Assembly: GCA_002633005.1 (NCBI GenBank)
Contig: NMRA01000184.1
Span: forward strand, 375,255 to 439,254
Length of the DNA stretch: 64,000 nt
Origin: Phoronis australis
Lineage: Eukaryota > Animalia > Phoronida
Reading direction: 5' to 3'
Shown one piece after another: positions 12,301 to 27,300 of this stretch. A program made the translations under genes and the position numbers. The notes under the pieces were generated by a model. The model had not been told where the DNA came from and made no database searches. It saw only the letters and a list, made by a program, of their open reading frames with translations. How positions within the stretch are numbered: position 1 is the stretch's first letter; each line of letters opens with the position of its first letter.

Positions 12301-15300
12301 AGAAAGTCCTGGTTGAGCATTTTGATGTTTTCATCCCTACAATAACACGTGGTCTTGCCCTACTGAATTCTACAGCATTCCTGCACTAGCTAAACCTCGA
12401 GAAACATTCAGCAGTAGCACCTTGGAAATGAAGACCATAACCAGGTCCAGCAAATGTTCAAGCATTGTGTAATATTCACTAATAATGGAGACACTTGGGT
12501 CACTAAACCACTGGGAGAGTGGAGACAGGAACACTTAAACCATTGTTATAACACTTTTATGCAGATATTAAATCACTGTGCTGTTCAGTGAACTTATGAC
12601 CTGACCTGTACTGGTCAGTTTTGCATCAACTCTCAATCTCTAAACACAAATTCAGCAAAACAACAGTCAGAATATCTATTTGAAATCATGAACTGAAACA
12701 AAAAACATGGCAACCCAAAGTGGGATGTTTACATTGCTTGCAGTTCATTAGATCACGACCTCAGATGTAACCATATAGGTGTCTTATGTCTATTAACATA
12801 GACAGTCTCACACAGTCTAGTCAGTGAGGCATGCAATGCTGTTCTGTTAAACAAGACCCTGGCTAATTTGAACTGACATTGGTAGCCTTGCAGGCAAGTG
12901 GTCTGCCTATCAGTCCACTTCAAAATCAAGTTTTATGAGTCAGCACTCACTCATCACAGGGACTCCCAAGAGATCTAATGATAGCAAAAATATTTCCCAA
13001 CATGTATGTAAACACACGAGATCTAGAATATCTCCATTGGTCACAAAAACTGTTCAAAATGCTCATAATGTTGTTACCAGATTCTCTGTGTGGCAGCATC
13101 AAGACCCCTCGTGCCAATGAAGCAAAGTTGGCTAGGGTCAAATTTTTTGAGGAAAACGAAGGCACTGGTTTTTGTGTTAATTTGTGCAATGTTTTTGTAA
13201 GCCACATCCCAGTGCAAAGGTCAAAATAATGCAAGCAGAGGTAAAGACCATCCAAGCTTGTTTTGACCAAGGTCTTTAGTTAACAGCCAAGTAGCTTAGT
13301 TCACCAAGGGTCTCAATCCCCGACAATCAGGGCATTTTCCACCAAGTTAAATCCAGTACTAGCAAAAAGCCGACTTAATAAACTGCAAAGGCAACTTGAA
13401 TGCTTCCAATAATTTCGGTAGTTAACAGACATCGGAGTTATCACTAGGCGGCGTAATATGGCCTTCACCATTGTCACACCAGTGACCATTACCGAGGTGA
13501 ACATTTTCACTGTCACTTTGCTATTATGTACACTTGTTCATTCCTAAGTAAACGTGTCTGAGCTGTTTACTTCAGTTCAAGATCAAATTTTAGGTGTTCC
13601 CAGAGACCAGCGATCCGCTACATGTTGACATTAGTTGAATATTAGTGCTTGAAAGTACTGGATAAATTTGAGCCTTTGCAATGAAGGTAGGAAATTTAGC
13701 TGAAGCGAAATTGGTTGACAACTTACGTGAACATGCGCGAGATCTGGAGTCTGTCTCGGCACGGTAGTAGCCACGATTACATGTACACTCAACAGACGAC
13801 TGCGAGTGGGCGTAGCTGTGATCAGGGCACCGCTGGCAGGAGTCACTGTTCGTCTCCCACTTGTACGAGCCAACAGGGCAGGCTGTAATGGAAAAAAACG
13901 CCAACTGTTACAAGAGTTAACAATCATAAAGTGAATGTCCAAAGAACCAGTGAACTGCATGGAATTGGAGCTCTGACATTACGTACATTGAAAGTTTTTA
14001 TTGCACATCTTCATAACAGGAATACAACGTAAGTAATACATACGCGGCGCAGCACTGAAATAAGTGGGGGGCCAAAGCTCCCTCAGCCCCCCCTGTGGTG
14101 CACTGCCTATAGACCATGTGCGGTCTAGCACTGAAAAAAGTGGGGGCTATAGCCCCCCCCAGCCCCCTATTGTGCGTCATCCATGTTATAACATACTTTT
14201 AATATTTCTGAACATTAAATTGATATTGCTTAACATTCCAATCAGCTATTAATTACTGCAAACTAAGCATTTTCATCAATAACCTATGGACTCGTTACCA
14301 CTGTGGATTTCTCCTTCATAGCAATTCTTTAATAGGTGAGACCGTGAGAGCCATGAGTGAAGTGAAAACAAAAAATAGGTTGGAAAAAATTCTCAATTAG
14401 CCAACACTGAAGACATGTAACAGATTTGCGCGAGCCAGACAGTCTGCCCCTTAAGAGTTGAATTTCACAAAAAACAACGCTCAAAAAGAATTTCAACCAA
14501 GCTCCCAAACATTAAAATTGTTTCAGCCTATAGCTGGCATTTTTAAACATACACCTGACCTGTCATGTGTAACTCTCCAGATTTGCATAACAACCACCAG
14601 ATGTCAGTGTAGTCAAAACAAAAACAACTTTTAGCTAAGAGCAAATCACAGTGTTTCACCTAACCAGTAAAATCAATCTCTTCTACAAGTTCCTCATTTC
14701 CGACACAACAAATCTCGCAAAAGATGTAGGGCTGTTGTTATAAAAAGTCAATTTCTACTTTCGATTCCCTTAATATTGACGATATGTTCTAATAACGAGG
14801 AAATTGCACACGGTTAATACTCCCTCTTTCATGACTAATTGCATGAATAAAAAATAATTGAAGTTGATATACGCCAAGGTGGTGATAAAAAATACATTTG
14901 CCACAGAATCTGATTTTCTCTCATCTAGTGTTAGAAGGCAAGGAGTGTGCCGACAGAAGAAATGAAATAGAATCTGTTTACACTGAAAAACCTAGCTACT
15001 GCTGTTGTCGTTTCATGGGATTTCAACGTGGCTATAATCTCAGGGCAAATCTGAACTAACAGGTGCAGTTGATTTTTTTTAAACGCCCGAGCCTGAGAAT
15101 GAGTAGATTTAACTTGACGGGAGAGATGTATCGTCAGGCGGTTACAATAAAGTGTTGTAGCTTCAGCAAACACATTACCACCCAGTAAATAGTGCCAGTC
15201 ATGGTGTCTACCACAAAGAAGTAAAAATTTTACCATCAACAAGTAATACACCACACTTAGGGGTTTAGTTTACAAAAACAAGCTACCATGCTCTCACAGT

Positions 15301-18300
15301 GTTTGGTAATCTGAACTAAATAGCCCTATTTTTTACCCAACTAGGTATCATGTCAGCTCAGTTGGAGACAGTCAGTGATTTGTACAGTACAACCAAGGAG
15401 TTTGGCATGATGCAAACCACATGGGTGATGGGACTCTGACCAGATAACATACAGTTGGAAAGCCCCAGACCATGAATGATGCTTATCCATTGCAAAAAAT
15501 CCAGTAACACGAGAAACAGTGCAAGCTGAGAAGATTATAGCAATTTGATGGTTATAATTACAAAGTATGATATAGCACAAGTTGCCTCTGATAGTTGTTT
15601 TCGAAAAGTGTCAAACGGTTATCATGTCATGTTTGATTACTAATCGTACTGTCAACAGCGGATCATAGCAGTGTTGGCTGGTTGTTACAAATTTCTTTCA
15701 CACATACATACAGCAGTACCAATTTCAATTCATACATGTACAAATTATGACTCAGTCAACCTTGCTGGAAATATTGTCAACTCTTTTGTGAAATTGAACA
15801 CTCACAGGTGAGCGCATGGTTGGAAAACCTACATTTTATATCAATTTATACACCCAGTCAGGTATGACCGCATTTGAACAAAAGGTCGATCCACACGATC
15901 CACCACCTCTAGCTATTGATGTCAAATACCCAATGATTGGTTATTAATACTCAGGTGGGCAGAATAAACGGCCCCCATTATTCTGTTTAATTGTCATAGC
16001 AGAGGGATGTCCACAACATCGTGCTTTTTAATCACTCCTCATGCAGACTGTAGGCATCATGTAGTCATGACAACTGGGACATCACATCAAACACAGTTTT
16101 TGTTGAAACTCAAAGGTTGATGAGTCACAATTTCAAAGTATAAAACTTTGTAATTCCCATGCGGTTAATAGCAAAATCTTTTTTGAAACGAATCAAACAT
16201 AACTCGCGTGGCCGCATTTTGGAAAACGTTGCAAAGAAAAAATCCAAACACTAGTAAATAATCTGAGCACAGGGAATGAAAAGATAGCTGAAGGACTGCA
16301 AGAGAGCCATTTTGACCACTGAACAACCAATGTCCACTCAGTGAGCCATTGTACATGACCTATTGTGTTGCTTGATGGTGTTTGGCCACACTAATGGTCA
16401 GTTTATTTGTCCAGTGCTCTCCAGATGAAGGCTCTTTGTTTGGTTAAAATCCAAGGCATTTACAAGGCTTTTATTGGCACATGAGAGAGGGGCTGGCCTT
16501 GGGGTGTATAAAGAGTAAAGGGAGGTGTTTGAAACAAAAACCTAGTGGATAACAGGGACTGGCCAGTCAAAGGTTCCAAGCCATAACAACTTGACCTTCA
16601 CATATGGCTGTGTCAACATTAGAAAGCCCTATAATTTAAGGATAACAAAAATAGTTGGATAAAGTTAAGGAAAGTTGACATAATACAGCACAAGACAAAA
16701 TGCACCAAATTTATTTGCACTGCAAACTCACTGTTTTTGTTTCTGATAAGAAGAACTTCAAATAGAAGGAAATTCAAATCTAAAAACCCTCACAGGAAAA
16801 TATTAATTCACAGTCCTTTGATGTGTTACCAACAGAGACTGGAAAAATGACAAAAACTTGAATACCAAAATCAATACTCAGAGTGGGCATATTTTGCTTT
16901 TAAACTCTGAACTGAACAAAAAAAAACAAGCATCACTTTGTAAGCACCACTGAGACAACGAAATTACCCATGGTTCATCAAGGAAAGTATTTTTCGATTC
17001 TTGGTACAAGTTTGTCCATGTAGCTAGTAATGCCAACAACTGAATTGTACCTGGCTACAAAGGTAACACAATAACGTCCGATCAATTATCGACAAGGTGG
17101 GTTAAAGCTTCAGTCAATATTTCAGTGCAGTTATGACTTGAAAAGCCTTGCTGCCTCCCGTCAATTTCCTATGTAAACATCACACTGGCTCGGTGACTAC
17201 AGTAGACACAGTAAGGCCATGAAAATACACCTAGCACCTAACCTATCAACTTCCATTTTACTATGCAGAAACCGCTACAGTACTCAGCAACCAGTAGCCA
17301 GCTACAAGGGCTGTATTAGTCCCACAAAACACAATGCTACATGATATTCCTTGTTGGTCTTGTATATGGCCATGGAACAGAGCAAGGGGAGAATCATTGA
17401 GAACTTTAGGTTTCAACAGAGGTCTGAGTCTATTGATGGCCATGTAACATGCAGAGCCATCACAATAGGCGACCCATATTCTTGTTAAAAGACCAAAGCA
17501 TCTTTGCTTCAATTAGCAGAAACCCTTTCAATAGACACATTCAAAGGTTGGTAGTGAGTTTCTAAAGAGTCAGCCATGACAGCTGTGAGAACAACTAACA
17601 ATACAGTCATTATTGTTCAAGCTGCTTGTTACTGGGTTCCACACTGTTGTGACATCCTTCAACTAAAAGTGATGTTGTGTTCAGGGAAAACCAAGACAAC
17701 TGCTGAAACCAATTTAACAAATTCACTCTTCAGAACCAAATATGCTACTTCTTCTTCCAAAATCCAGAAATCACTTCATCTGGTCTAAGTACAAGTTGAG
17801 GACAATTTTATAGCACTACTTGGTTAAAATCAAAAAGTTAGTTTCGAAAATCACTGTTGGCTTGTAATTCGGATATTAAATGAAACAAATCTCACATTTC
17901 GAGCAGATATTTCTTACAGTTACTCTGTATCAACAGTGCAAACTTATTTCATCCTATCAATTGAGTTGTTGCCCAATTTCCATTATCTGCAACGATTTCT
18001 TCTTTTCAGCGGAGCATCGCATTCATGTGCCAACCACTGACAAAGCTGCGACAGGGGAGACGACTGTGTTTCAGAATGCCAGACATATAGTGTCAGCAGT
18101 GTCTTATCAAGTCATTTCCACACACAATATGTGTGTTGACATCATATCCGTCAAGACACCTGAAGACCTACACTACACTAATTAGGTCAAACCCAATTTG
18201 CAAAACTTCAATAAGAACAAATCCTTCCAGATGATGCAATCGTTGAACTTCATTCAGTCTACTCTTTTTTCCTGCGCAACGCTAACTTATATTATTAAAA

Positions 18301-21300
18301 ACAAAAAAAAACAGAGTTTCAATCCTTCCCAGAACATTGACAAACTTCTAAGATGGCGTTGCGAGGGGCTTTAATTAGGTATACTTGCATTGACATTTAT
18401 AAAGTGCGAGTTTGATTTATCAAGGAGATGCTATAGACATTCATGGAAATTAATTCTCCATCTGTCCATAACCAATTATGAATTACAGTAGTGCGTACAC
18501 AATATATTTAATCGAAGACATTAGTTCAATGACATTCTACCATTCCTCTCATCAAGTTATCTTTCTTGACAATAAATTAGTTACCAACACCAGGGGACCA
18601 TACCATGAAAAGTGACATTAGCTTAAATCTCACACTCTACAGAAATACTTACGAAAAATGGTTTCATCTCGCAAAATCTGTGAGTGGAGTATATACTCCT
18701 AATTGCGAGTTAGTCAGATAGTATATCTAAACCATTTCTTAAAGACGTAACAATTGCATAGTAAAAACTTTATTTCATAACATCCAAGCTGGACTGTGAG
18801 ATAAACTTTAAGTCACCTTTCATGAAACAGACTATCAAAGCTGAACTACAGCAGCCACTTACGTGTACAAGCAGTGGTGTCGCGAGGCTCAAATCCTGGC
18901 ATACATGCGCATCGGCCGGCATTGCTGAACCAACCACCGCTGTTCAAACATAGGTTGACCGGCTGTTGGGCCATGGCGGCATTGTTGACACAGATACCGT
19001 TGGTTCTCTGCGGTGAGTTCCCGTCAGCACTTGTGGGCGTGGCGGGGAAGCGAGCAAAGTTGATGGTGACCTCAGGACATCGCACGTGATAGACACGGAT
19101 GGCGATGATGCCGATGCAGGCGCCTACGTCCTGGATGGCGAAGTAGAGTCCGCCTTTATTGACGGGCACATCACGCACCTCCGTGTTTATGATGTCATCA
19201 AGTGACTCTGAGCTGGAAACGTAGATTTTGTCGCCAGCGATTGTGTCGATGTGTTTGTAAGAGTGCGAGTCCCAGGTGGGCATGCCAGCGTTGGCAAAAT
19301 CTGTGTCAGCCTGGTAGTACAGGAGGTTAAATGTGGTATAGCATTGTTTCAGTGGATTCTCGTACTGTTGACACTTTCGCATTGTGAACTTTATCTCGAT
19401 GTACATACGATTTGCACCATCACGTGGTATAAATGGCGTACGCAGCCAGTTGTTTGTGCCACCCGCTTGACCAACTTTACACACAATATATATGGGCACC
19501 TCTTTTCCTTCAAATTGCACACCCGTTTCTCGCCACTGGAAAATAAGAAAAAAGCTTCAGAATATAGACAGTAAGTAAAGGCACAAACAAGTATGATGAA
19601 TTCTACACATTACAAATGGTGTCTCGTGAGCAATACTTGTAATATTTCACATTCCTTTTAGTTTCAGCGACTCAGCGCTTATCACAACTGAATGAGAGTT
19701 TTGATTAGAAACTACTCAAACTTGGTCTTGTTTACATCTGGGCATGTGGGTTAATACACCAATTCGCGCCTCAGTTCAGTAGAGCAAACAGCGTTTTTCT
19801 AATTAATACATTACTATGGTTATGTTCCTGGGCTCATTTCATGTCAGAGTCAGAGATTGATACCTAATACCACCAAAGTATGCACAGGGTGTTTAGTGCA
19901 AGAATAATTTCCCACACTTGTTCTCTTGCTGACAATACATGGAGACCCTTTCAGCTTTTGATGTCTTATCGTTTTCATTGGTCACTGTCCAGCTATCTCC
20001 ATGCTTGGTGCAATAAAGATAGCTGACTGCAAGCTCAACACAGAGCCTAAAGATAACCAGGTTGTTGAGCAGATAAATGTTGATGCAAAAGGTTCACTGT
20101 TTGCACTACAGATGTTGGGTGTGTGCAAAATACTGATTTACCAAGGAGTAATGGCTACACACAGACAACATTATGAATTTTAAAATCTTTTAAAAAAATT
20201 CCTAAGGGACACTCCAAGAGAGGAAGCAAAGAAGATGGCTGCACTAAAATCAAATTTCAAAAAACAAATTCCTTATCTTTATAAGAATTATTCCAGTTTT
20301 TGGAGACTAGTTTCTTTGGAGCAATGTGGCAAGTTTCCAACAGCCAAGTTGAAGCGGTGACCAGGAAACAATGAGCAAAATTTTCATATTGTTCTAAATG
20401 TCAGTCTTGACAATTTTGTGAGGGACATCTTGACAGGCTGGTTACACAACAATAAGGCTGGTGTACATTGAGAAATATGTCTTTGACACAAACAAGCCAT
20501 GAAATTCAGCAGACACCACATGTGGTTTCTATCCCACATGTTGTTAGAAGCCACTCAAGGTTTGGAGAAAACTGCAAGTGAACATGGTTCACAAGTTTTC
20601 AACTCTAAACAATTCATGAGATAAAGTCTTGTCCACAAACACAAGAGAGCTGGGAATGACCCATTAGGGAACATTAAAACTTGATGGTCTATGGATTTCT
20701 GCAGTGCTGGTGGCTTGTGGAAAAACCATCAATAGAATGTGAGGCAGAATATGAGTGATGCCAAGACTAACAAGATGTGAAATAGTCTACAGTCCTGGTT
20801 ATAACTGGTCTGGATTCCACAGCCAATATGCAACCATAAATCTAAAGAATGGACCCATTCTAATTGTGGAAAAAAAGAAAAGTTAGAAGAGCTAGATTTT
20901 CTACTTCAGATAACTTAATCATCACTAATGGGGCATTTTATAGAAAAACATCAAAAGGTGGTCTGGCTGGGAGATCATGTCAAAAAATGTCCAAGGGCCA
21001 CTGCTATGGTAAAAAATTAAAGGCAGTGTTTTCACTACTAATTGCTTATATTTTGCTTGAGTAATCACCAATGGAATTAGAAATAAGTTTTACACCAATT
21101 AGCACATCATGTTCTCAAATTGTCTCATTAAAAATCGCGCAGGGGACGGATGCATAAGCGCTACCTTACTTCCATGACTGACAACGTCACCTACCATTTA
21201 TTTCGATGCAACAACCACCAAGCTGGTATAAACAATTCAAATAATTTCGCAGCTTACATGATGCTCCTCTCAAGGGACTAAGTTAGTATGAATNTCAAGG

Positions 21301-24300
21301 TTTGGAGAAAACTGCAAGTGAACATGGTTCACAAGTTTTCAACTCTAAACAATTCATGAGATAAAGTCTTGTCCACAAACACAAGAGAGCTGGGAATGAC
21401 CCATTAGGGAACATTAAAACTTGATGGTCTATGGATTTCTGCAGTGCTGGTGGCTTGTGGAAAAACCATCAATAGAATGTGAGGCAGAATATGAGTGATG
21501 CCAAGACTAACAAGATGTGAAATAGTCTACAGTCCTGGTTATAACTGGTCTGGATTCCACAGCCAATATGCAACCATAAATCTAAAGAATGGACCCATTC
21601 TAATTGTGGAAAAAAAGAAAAGTTAGAAGAGCTAGATTTTCTACTTCAGATAACTTAATCATCACTAATGGGGCATTTTATAGAAAACTTCACAAGGTGG
21701 TCTGGCCGGGATATCATGTCAAAAAATGTCATACAAAATCAGCACTTGGCAATGATTTAGCCATGGATCACAGAGTTTGAGGGTATTGCTTTAGACTTTC
21801 AACATGCACAAGAGTCATGTCACATTCATGGTCCTAAAAACCCTTTCATACTAATATCGACGTAGGGTGTTGTGATCAGCACGAACAGTCTACTTCGGTC
21901 CTGGATCGAAGTTTACAATGCCAATTAACTTCACAATAAACGGGTGAATTTAACAGCGGAGCATCGAATGAATGGTCAACTCCAGCCTCATCAAAAGTTA
22001 TTACCAAGGGCCACTGCTACGGTAAAAAATTAAAGGCAGTGTTTTCACTACTAATTGCTTATATTTTGCTTGAGTAATCACCAATGGAATTAGAAATAAG
22101 TTTTACACCAATTAGCACATCATGTTCTCAAATTGTCTCATTAAAAATCGCGCAGGGGACAGATGCATAAGCGCTACCTTACTTCGATGACTGACGTCAC
22201 CTACCATTTATTTCGATGCAACAACCACCGAAGCTGGTATAAACAATTCAAATAATTTCGCAGCTTACATGATGCTCCTCTCAAGGGACTAAGTTAGTAT
22301 GAAAGGGCAAAAAATACTTGGAAGCGCCACTTGTAAAAAATTTACAAGTACGTTGACAAAAGTCAGTCATCATACCAATGCAATGTTTATGCCACGTTTG
22401 TCCAGTGTAAAGGGCAAACGTCTGGGCGAAGCCAAACATCTGAGAATAAATTGGAAATGTAATGGGGAAAAGGGCAAAGATTGTCAATAGTGAACAATGG
22501 GTGAGAATGAACCTCTTAAAACTTCAAGAAGTATAACATTTGGAGATGCCCAGTGCAGACTAAATAAACCATCCACTTTACAACACTTAAGAGGCCAGGT
22601 GATTGAAGATATAAATTTGGAAGTCAATGTGGGTCCACTTTGCAAGATGGCTCCAGGGTATGTGCTAATGTTTTGACTAGCTGAAAGTTGCTGTCAACAA
22701 ATATCTGTGGTAAAATTATCACAGTATCGCCTTTCATAATCCTATCACAGTACCAACAACAAAAATAACCCACTGATAAGCATATTATATGGAAATGCAA
22801 ATTCCAAAATCAAAATATTTCTACACCATGCTGGCGAATTAGCAAGTTGCTTGGCAGATTCCCAATTCATCATAGAAGTGACAGCATACATTAATGTTGG
22901 TCATTGAAGACCTGCACTGATGATTAAATACTAATGCAATTGACTATGTTGGGTAACAGATGACTTGTGATTGCCACATTCAATGTAATTTGAATTCATT
23001 CCCAGAGCTCATAAACCTCACACACTGAAAGAGAGAACCACAAAGAACCACAAGTAACACCCCAGCCATTATTCCACCTCATGTTAATAATCAGGGCAAC
23101 TTATGCTAGCTCATCACTCCTGGTTCAGATACCATGACCTGCCCCCTTGGAAGTTTCCTTCAGGCATTTGACAACAAAGGACTGTCCCTGCTGCAGAGGA
23201 AATGAGCCCAAATTAGCACTTGGACCTGAGAGGTGATCAAGAAAGTAATCAACACCTGTGCAAAAGTGTTAAAGGACAACAGAGCACAGTGCAAGCAGAG
23301 CAGATTCCAAAGAGATCCAAAATGCCTCGGCACTAATGTTACAGAAAGTCAAGTATTGCATTCCCACAGTTCACTCATCTTTGGGATGGAGGATGGCAAT
23401 TATGAACAATTTAACACCAATCTCCTGTCTCTGGTAGATTAAGAATTTAGTTTAATTACAGTGGGACAAAATAATAAACACTGTCTGCCCTTTGGAAAAT
23501 ATATGGGGGGGGGAGTCACCTGGGAGAGAGGCAAACACTGTTTGATGTGTAGATTCGTGTAAGCCTGATTTGGCTATCAAAACAACCTTCTCATAAAAGC
23601 TGGCTTTGGAAATCTATAGGCAAACAGCAAGGGCTATTCATCTAAAGGATATTTTCACATGTATTCATAATGGATGGAGGTACAGTGTGAAATGCATGAA
23701 AAGCAAGGACTGTTATGGAAAGTAGGAGAGGTAAGACAGTCCCAAATAAACACACACTCAAACACAGCCAAAAGAATTGTATTTGTGCAAAGGGGACATC
23801 CAAAATGGCCGCCACAGGAGAGTGTCAGCAGGCACTGACAAATTAAGGAGTAGGTTGATAAAAACTCGTTACTTATGTTACAGCACTAGTTCAGACAAGT
23901 CAGTTTTCCGTATGGACACTAATAGAATTGCGTTTATGCGGGCTGCCAGTTGTTCAGAGACAGTGAGTTTGACAGGCAATCATGTCCAAGGATAGAAATA
24001 ACGAGGACTATTTCAATGGACAAACTTTAGTGAAAAGAAAAAAGTTTGATTGTCATTTGGACATTCATTCATCTTGTCAAATCAGTACACAACATAGACA
24101 GAACACTATCAAATGATATTGTTGACAAAAGGAAGAGACACAAACCTCTCCCAAGCCTGCTAATCTGACTAAGAGCGCTTGAAATGACATAAGGCCACCT
24201 TCCACATGGATTAGGATTTCGGACAAAAAAAGAACAGACATTATTTAATGCTGTCTGAATAAAGCTACACAAAGCCCAGTGACATGGAGAGGGATTTGCT

Positions 24301-27300
24301 AAGCCAGGATGAAGTAATAAAATATGGTTTAATCCCTTCAATCCACTAAGAGAGGTAGAAATATTAGACTGGAGAGTACCATACAAGTGAACAAGCATCA
24401 CATGGATGGGGTTGAGGAGGGGCTTCAGGCTGGCACCAGGTATGGGAGCTAAACTCCGCTCTTTTAGAACATACATCTTGCATATACTACATAGTTAAGA
24501 AAGGGTCTTCCACAGACTGTCACTACTCCAGTGGTGTATGTTGCCTGTAGGAAAAATTCATCATAGAACTTTTTAAACAACCCTGTGAGAACACAGAAGA
24601 GACTTCTACTTCACCCAGTTTCAAGCTCTAGCGGTCAAGCTGGGGGGGTTGAATTATGTTCATGCACAGACATTTAGTGACCTCGAAATTTTCTCATGCG
24701 AGTCATTTGAAAAATCCCACCAACTTCCTGATTTGACTGCATGATTGTTGTAAACAAAGAATTTATAAAAAATGGGGAATTCAACTGCTTAAAAATCTCC
24801 ATCAACTTTACATGCCAACTGTAGGTGGTGTTGCAGGTTTACACACAAAATACTTTCCATCAAGAAACACAAATTTTTTTAAACCATTAGCAATGCTCCG
24901 AAAGCTTTACATAAAATCTGCATGTCACTTGATCACAATACAAAAAGACAACACTAACCACCTGTTCTTGATAATGAGAAAATAAATGTCATGACAGAAT
25001 GCAGGTGGATAAGTAAATTGACAATGCAGGCATCAACCTAAAGGTTTGTAGTCACTAACTCAACCAATATCAACAATAGGTATTCCAATTGAAATGAACA
25101 AAACCTCCCCATGAGTGAACAAGTAAACGATTATTTCAATATGCAGAGCATGCATGCCTTTGGTGTGGACATTCCAACCACCACAGCAATTAAGGCTGAA
25201 GAGATACTCCCTGATAAAGATTTCAATTTGTGCATTATATGGTACTGTAACAGTTTTCCCAGTTAACTGCCTTCACTTGAAGCAATGTTTTACACACTCA
25301 GCAAGTACTCAATTAATAAGAGTCCATTACTGTCTATTACTTGGCGCAGTACAACACATCACATGGGCTGGCTGGCTAGAGGGCTGTGGTTACTGGTATT
25401 TCATTGATTTTCACAAAGTTCTGTCACAAGACATGTGCTAGATGGCAATTATAGTTTAGCCAGTAGGATTAATGCCATCCAATAAAGAGTAATTACTCTC
25501 CAACATCTGGGAGAAAAAGATACATCTTGGACACAGTTGCCACAATGGACATATGAAGTAGACCACATCCAGTTGTAAGATACTCGACGCCAGCTTTTCA
25601 CAACTTTAAAATCATACAGAATGATTTTTATCGATAGCAGAAATCCGCAAAGTGCAGTGACATCTCACCAGTTGAGAATACAGAATGACGGTTAAGTAAA
25701 TAAGATTTTTCAATTTTTACACGAGATAAACCAAGCACCAAAAGTTCTTGTGGTAATAATTTTTCAAATTCTGCAACAAGATGACTTTCATCTGAAAGGG
25801 TTTTGTGAAATTGAGGATATTCACAACAATGTAAAGCCTTTGAAAAAAGAACATCTTTGGCAAATTACTAAACCGAAAATAGTTAAGACTTTACTATAGG
25901 GACATTTTGTAAACTGGTATACTTCTGTGCATTTGCATTTTAAGTGCAATGGTCTTTTACAGAGTCATAAAAAGTGATGTTCATTGTCATATGACTAAGT
26001 CACTTTGAGGCTAACATCTACAGAAATTCAAAATAAAAACTGAAAATTTTTACATTAAACTGCTTTTTCTGAAAAATTGGGGTTATGTTGATCAAGCTTA
26101 ATTTGGCAATATAGTTTAGCCTAGATAGCTTCGCATAAAATTTGATTTTTGAGTTTAAACTAAAATGAAGGAGAAAAAGTGCTTTAGACAGAAATGAAGA
26201 ATCCAACGTGAGAACGGCCATATTTATTGTTTCGGACACACAATTTTATCAAGATAATTAGACTATTAACGAGTAAATTTAATTCTTCAAATGGTTTGGA
26301 AACTTGAATCGAAACTCAAAGACAAAAAAACAATCATAATTTCTCATGCCCAAGCTACTTCACAGAACAAGTGTCAATCATAAATCACGACAGAGGGGTG
26401 AATATTGTAACCCAAGACCTCTTTTCCTAAGTGATGGCTTTGAAGTAGCAAGGAATGTCCGATAAAGATACCGTGACACGAAATCTCTGCATGGATCTAT
26501 TTAATCGAGGAGACATTCTGTCAAATCCAAAACCACTATTGGCCAGTGCGAATGTATCAGCTTTTAATTCGCAAGCTCCTTTGATGATGCGGAAAGCAAT
26601 TTTCAGCCAGCCCAGTTCTAATTGTGAAATACGATCAAACTGACACACGCCAGTGATCAACAATGACCGGATCAAGAACAGCAGTTTGAGGTTCATTTAC
26701 AAACAGGATTACGGTCAATGGAAATGCAGTATCCACATTTAGTTTGACCTCCATAAACTTGACGTAATAATGGAGGGAATTAAATTTCGATACAATTGCT
26801 CCGAATGCCTCAATCTTTTAGACGAATATTGCCCCATTCCCATCTAAAAGTTATTTTAAAATAATGCCAATTCCCCTGCTCAGGCTCAAAAATTTCCCTC
26901 CAGTGATTAAGAAGTCTCCCAAGGTTAGAACCACTTTTTACTCACACAGACCCTCAGCTTGACAATGTTGGGAAGAATTTTAACCTTACTAAAAGTCCCC
27001 TCTCCGAAGACACAGGCACCTTTGTCCTCACCTGAGGAAGAATGAAGACAACCCTATGCACCATTGGTAACGTTGACAACGTTCTACATACAGAATTTAA
27101 ACTAATTTAGTAATGGTCTGATGTAACTTTTCCGAATTTTGATAACCAGTTTTCTCCACTGAATAACGGGCATCAAACTGGTTCTCAAAAAACATTATAT
27201 CAGACCATTGCCCACATAACATAATATATGGTCGTAAACCATGCCCCGATGTAAAAAAAAGCTTTTTCCACAGGTGTATTTGTTCTTGCATTGTGATACC

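Noticed and set aside
18874-19574. Plus-strand ORFs 18874..19089 and 19251..19574
   Set aside because: Antisense shadows of Eph exon 3.
24069-24476. 135-aa intronic ORF
   Set aside because: No recognisable domain, non-coding-like composition, no supporting splice structure.
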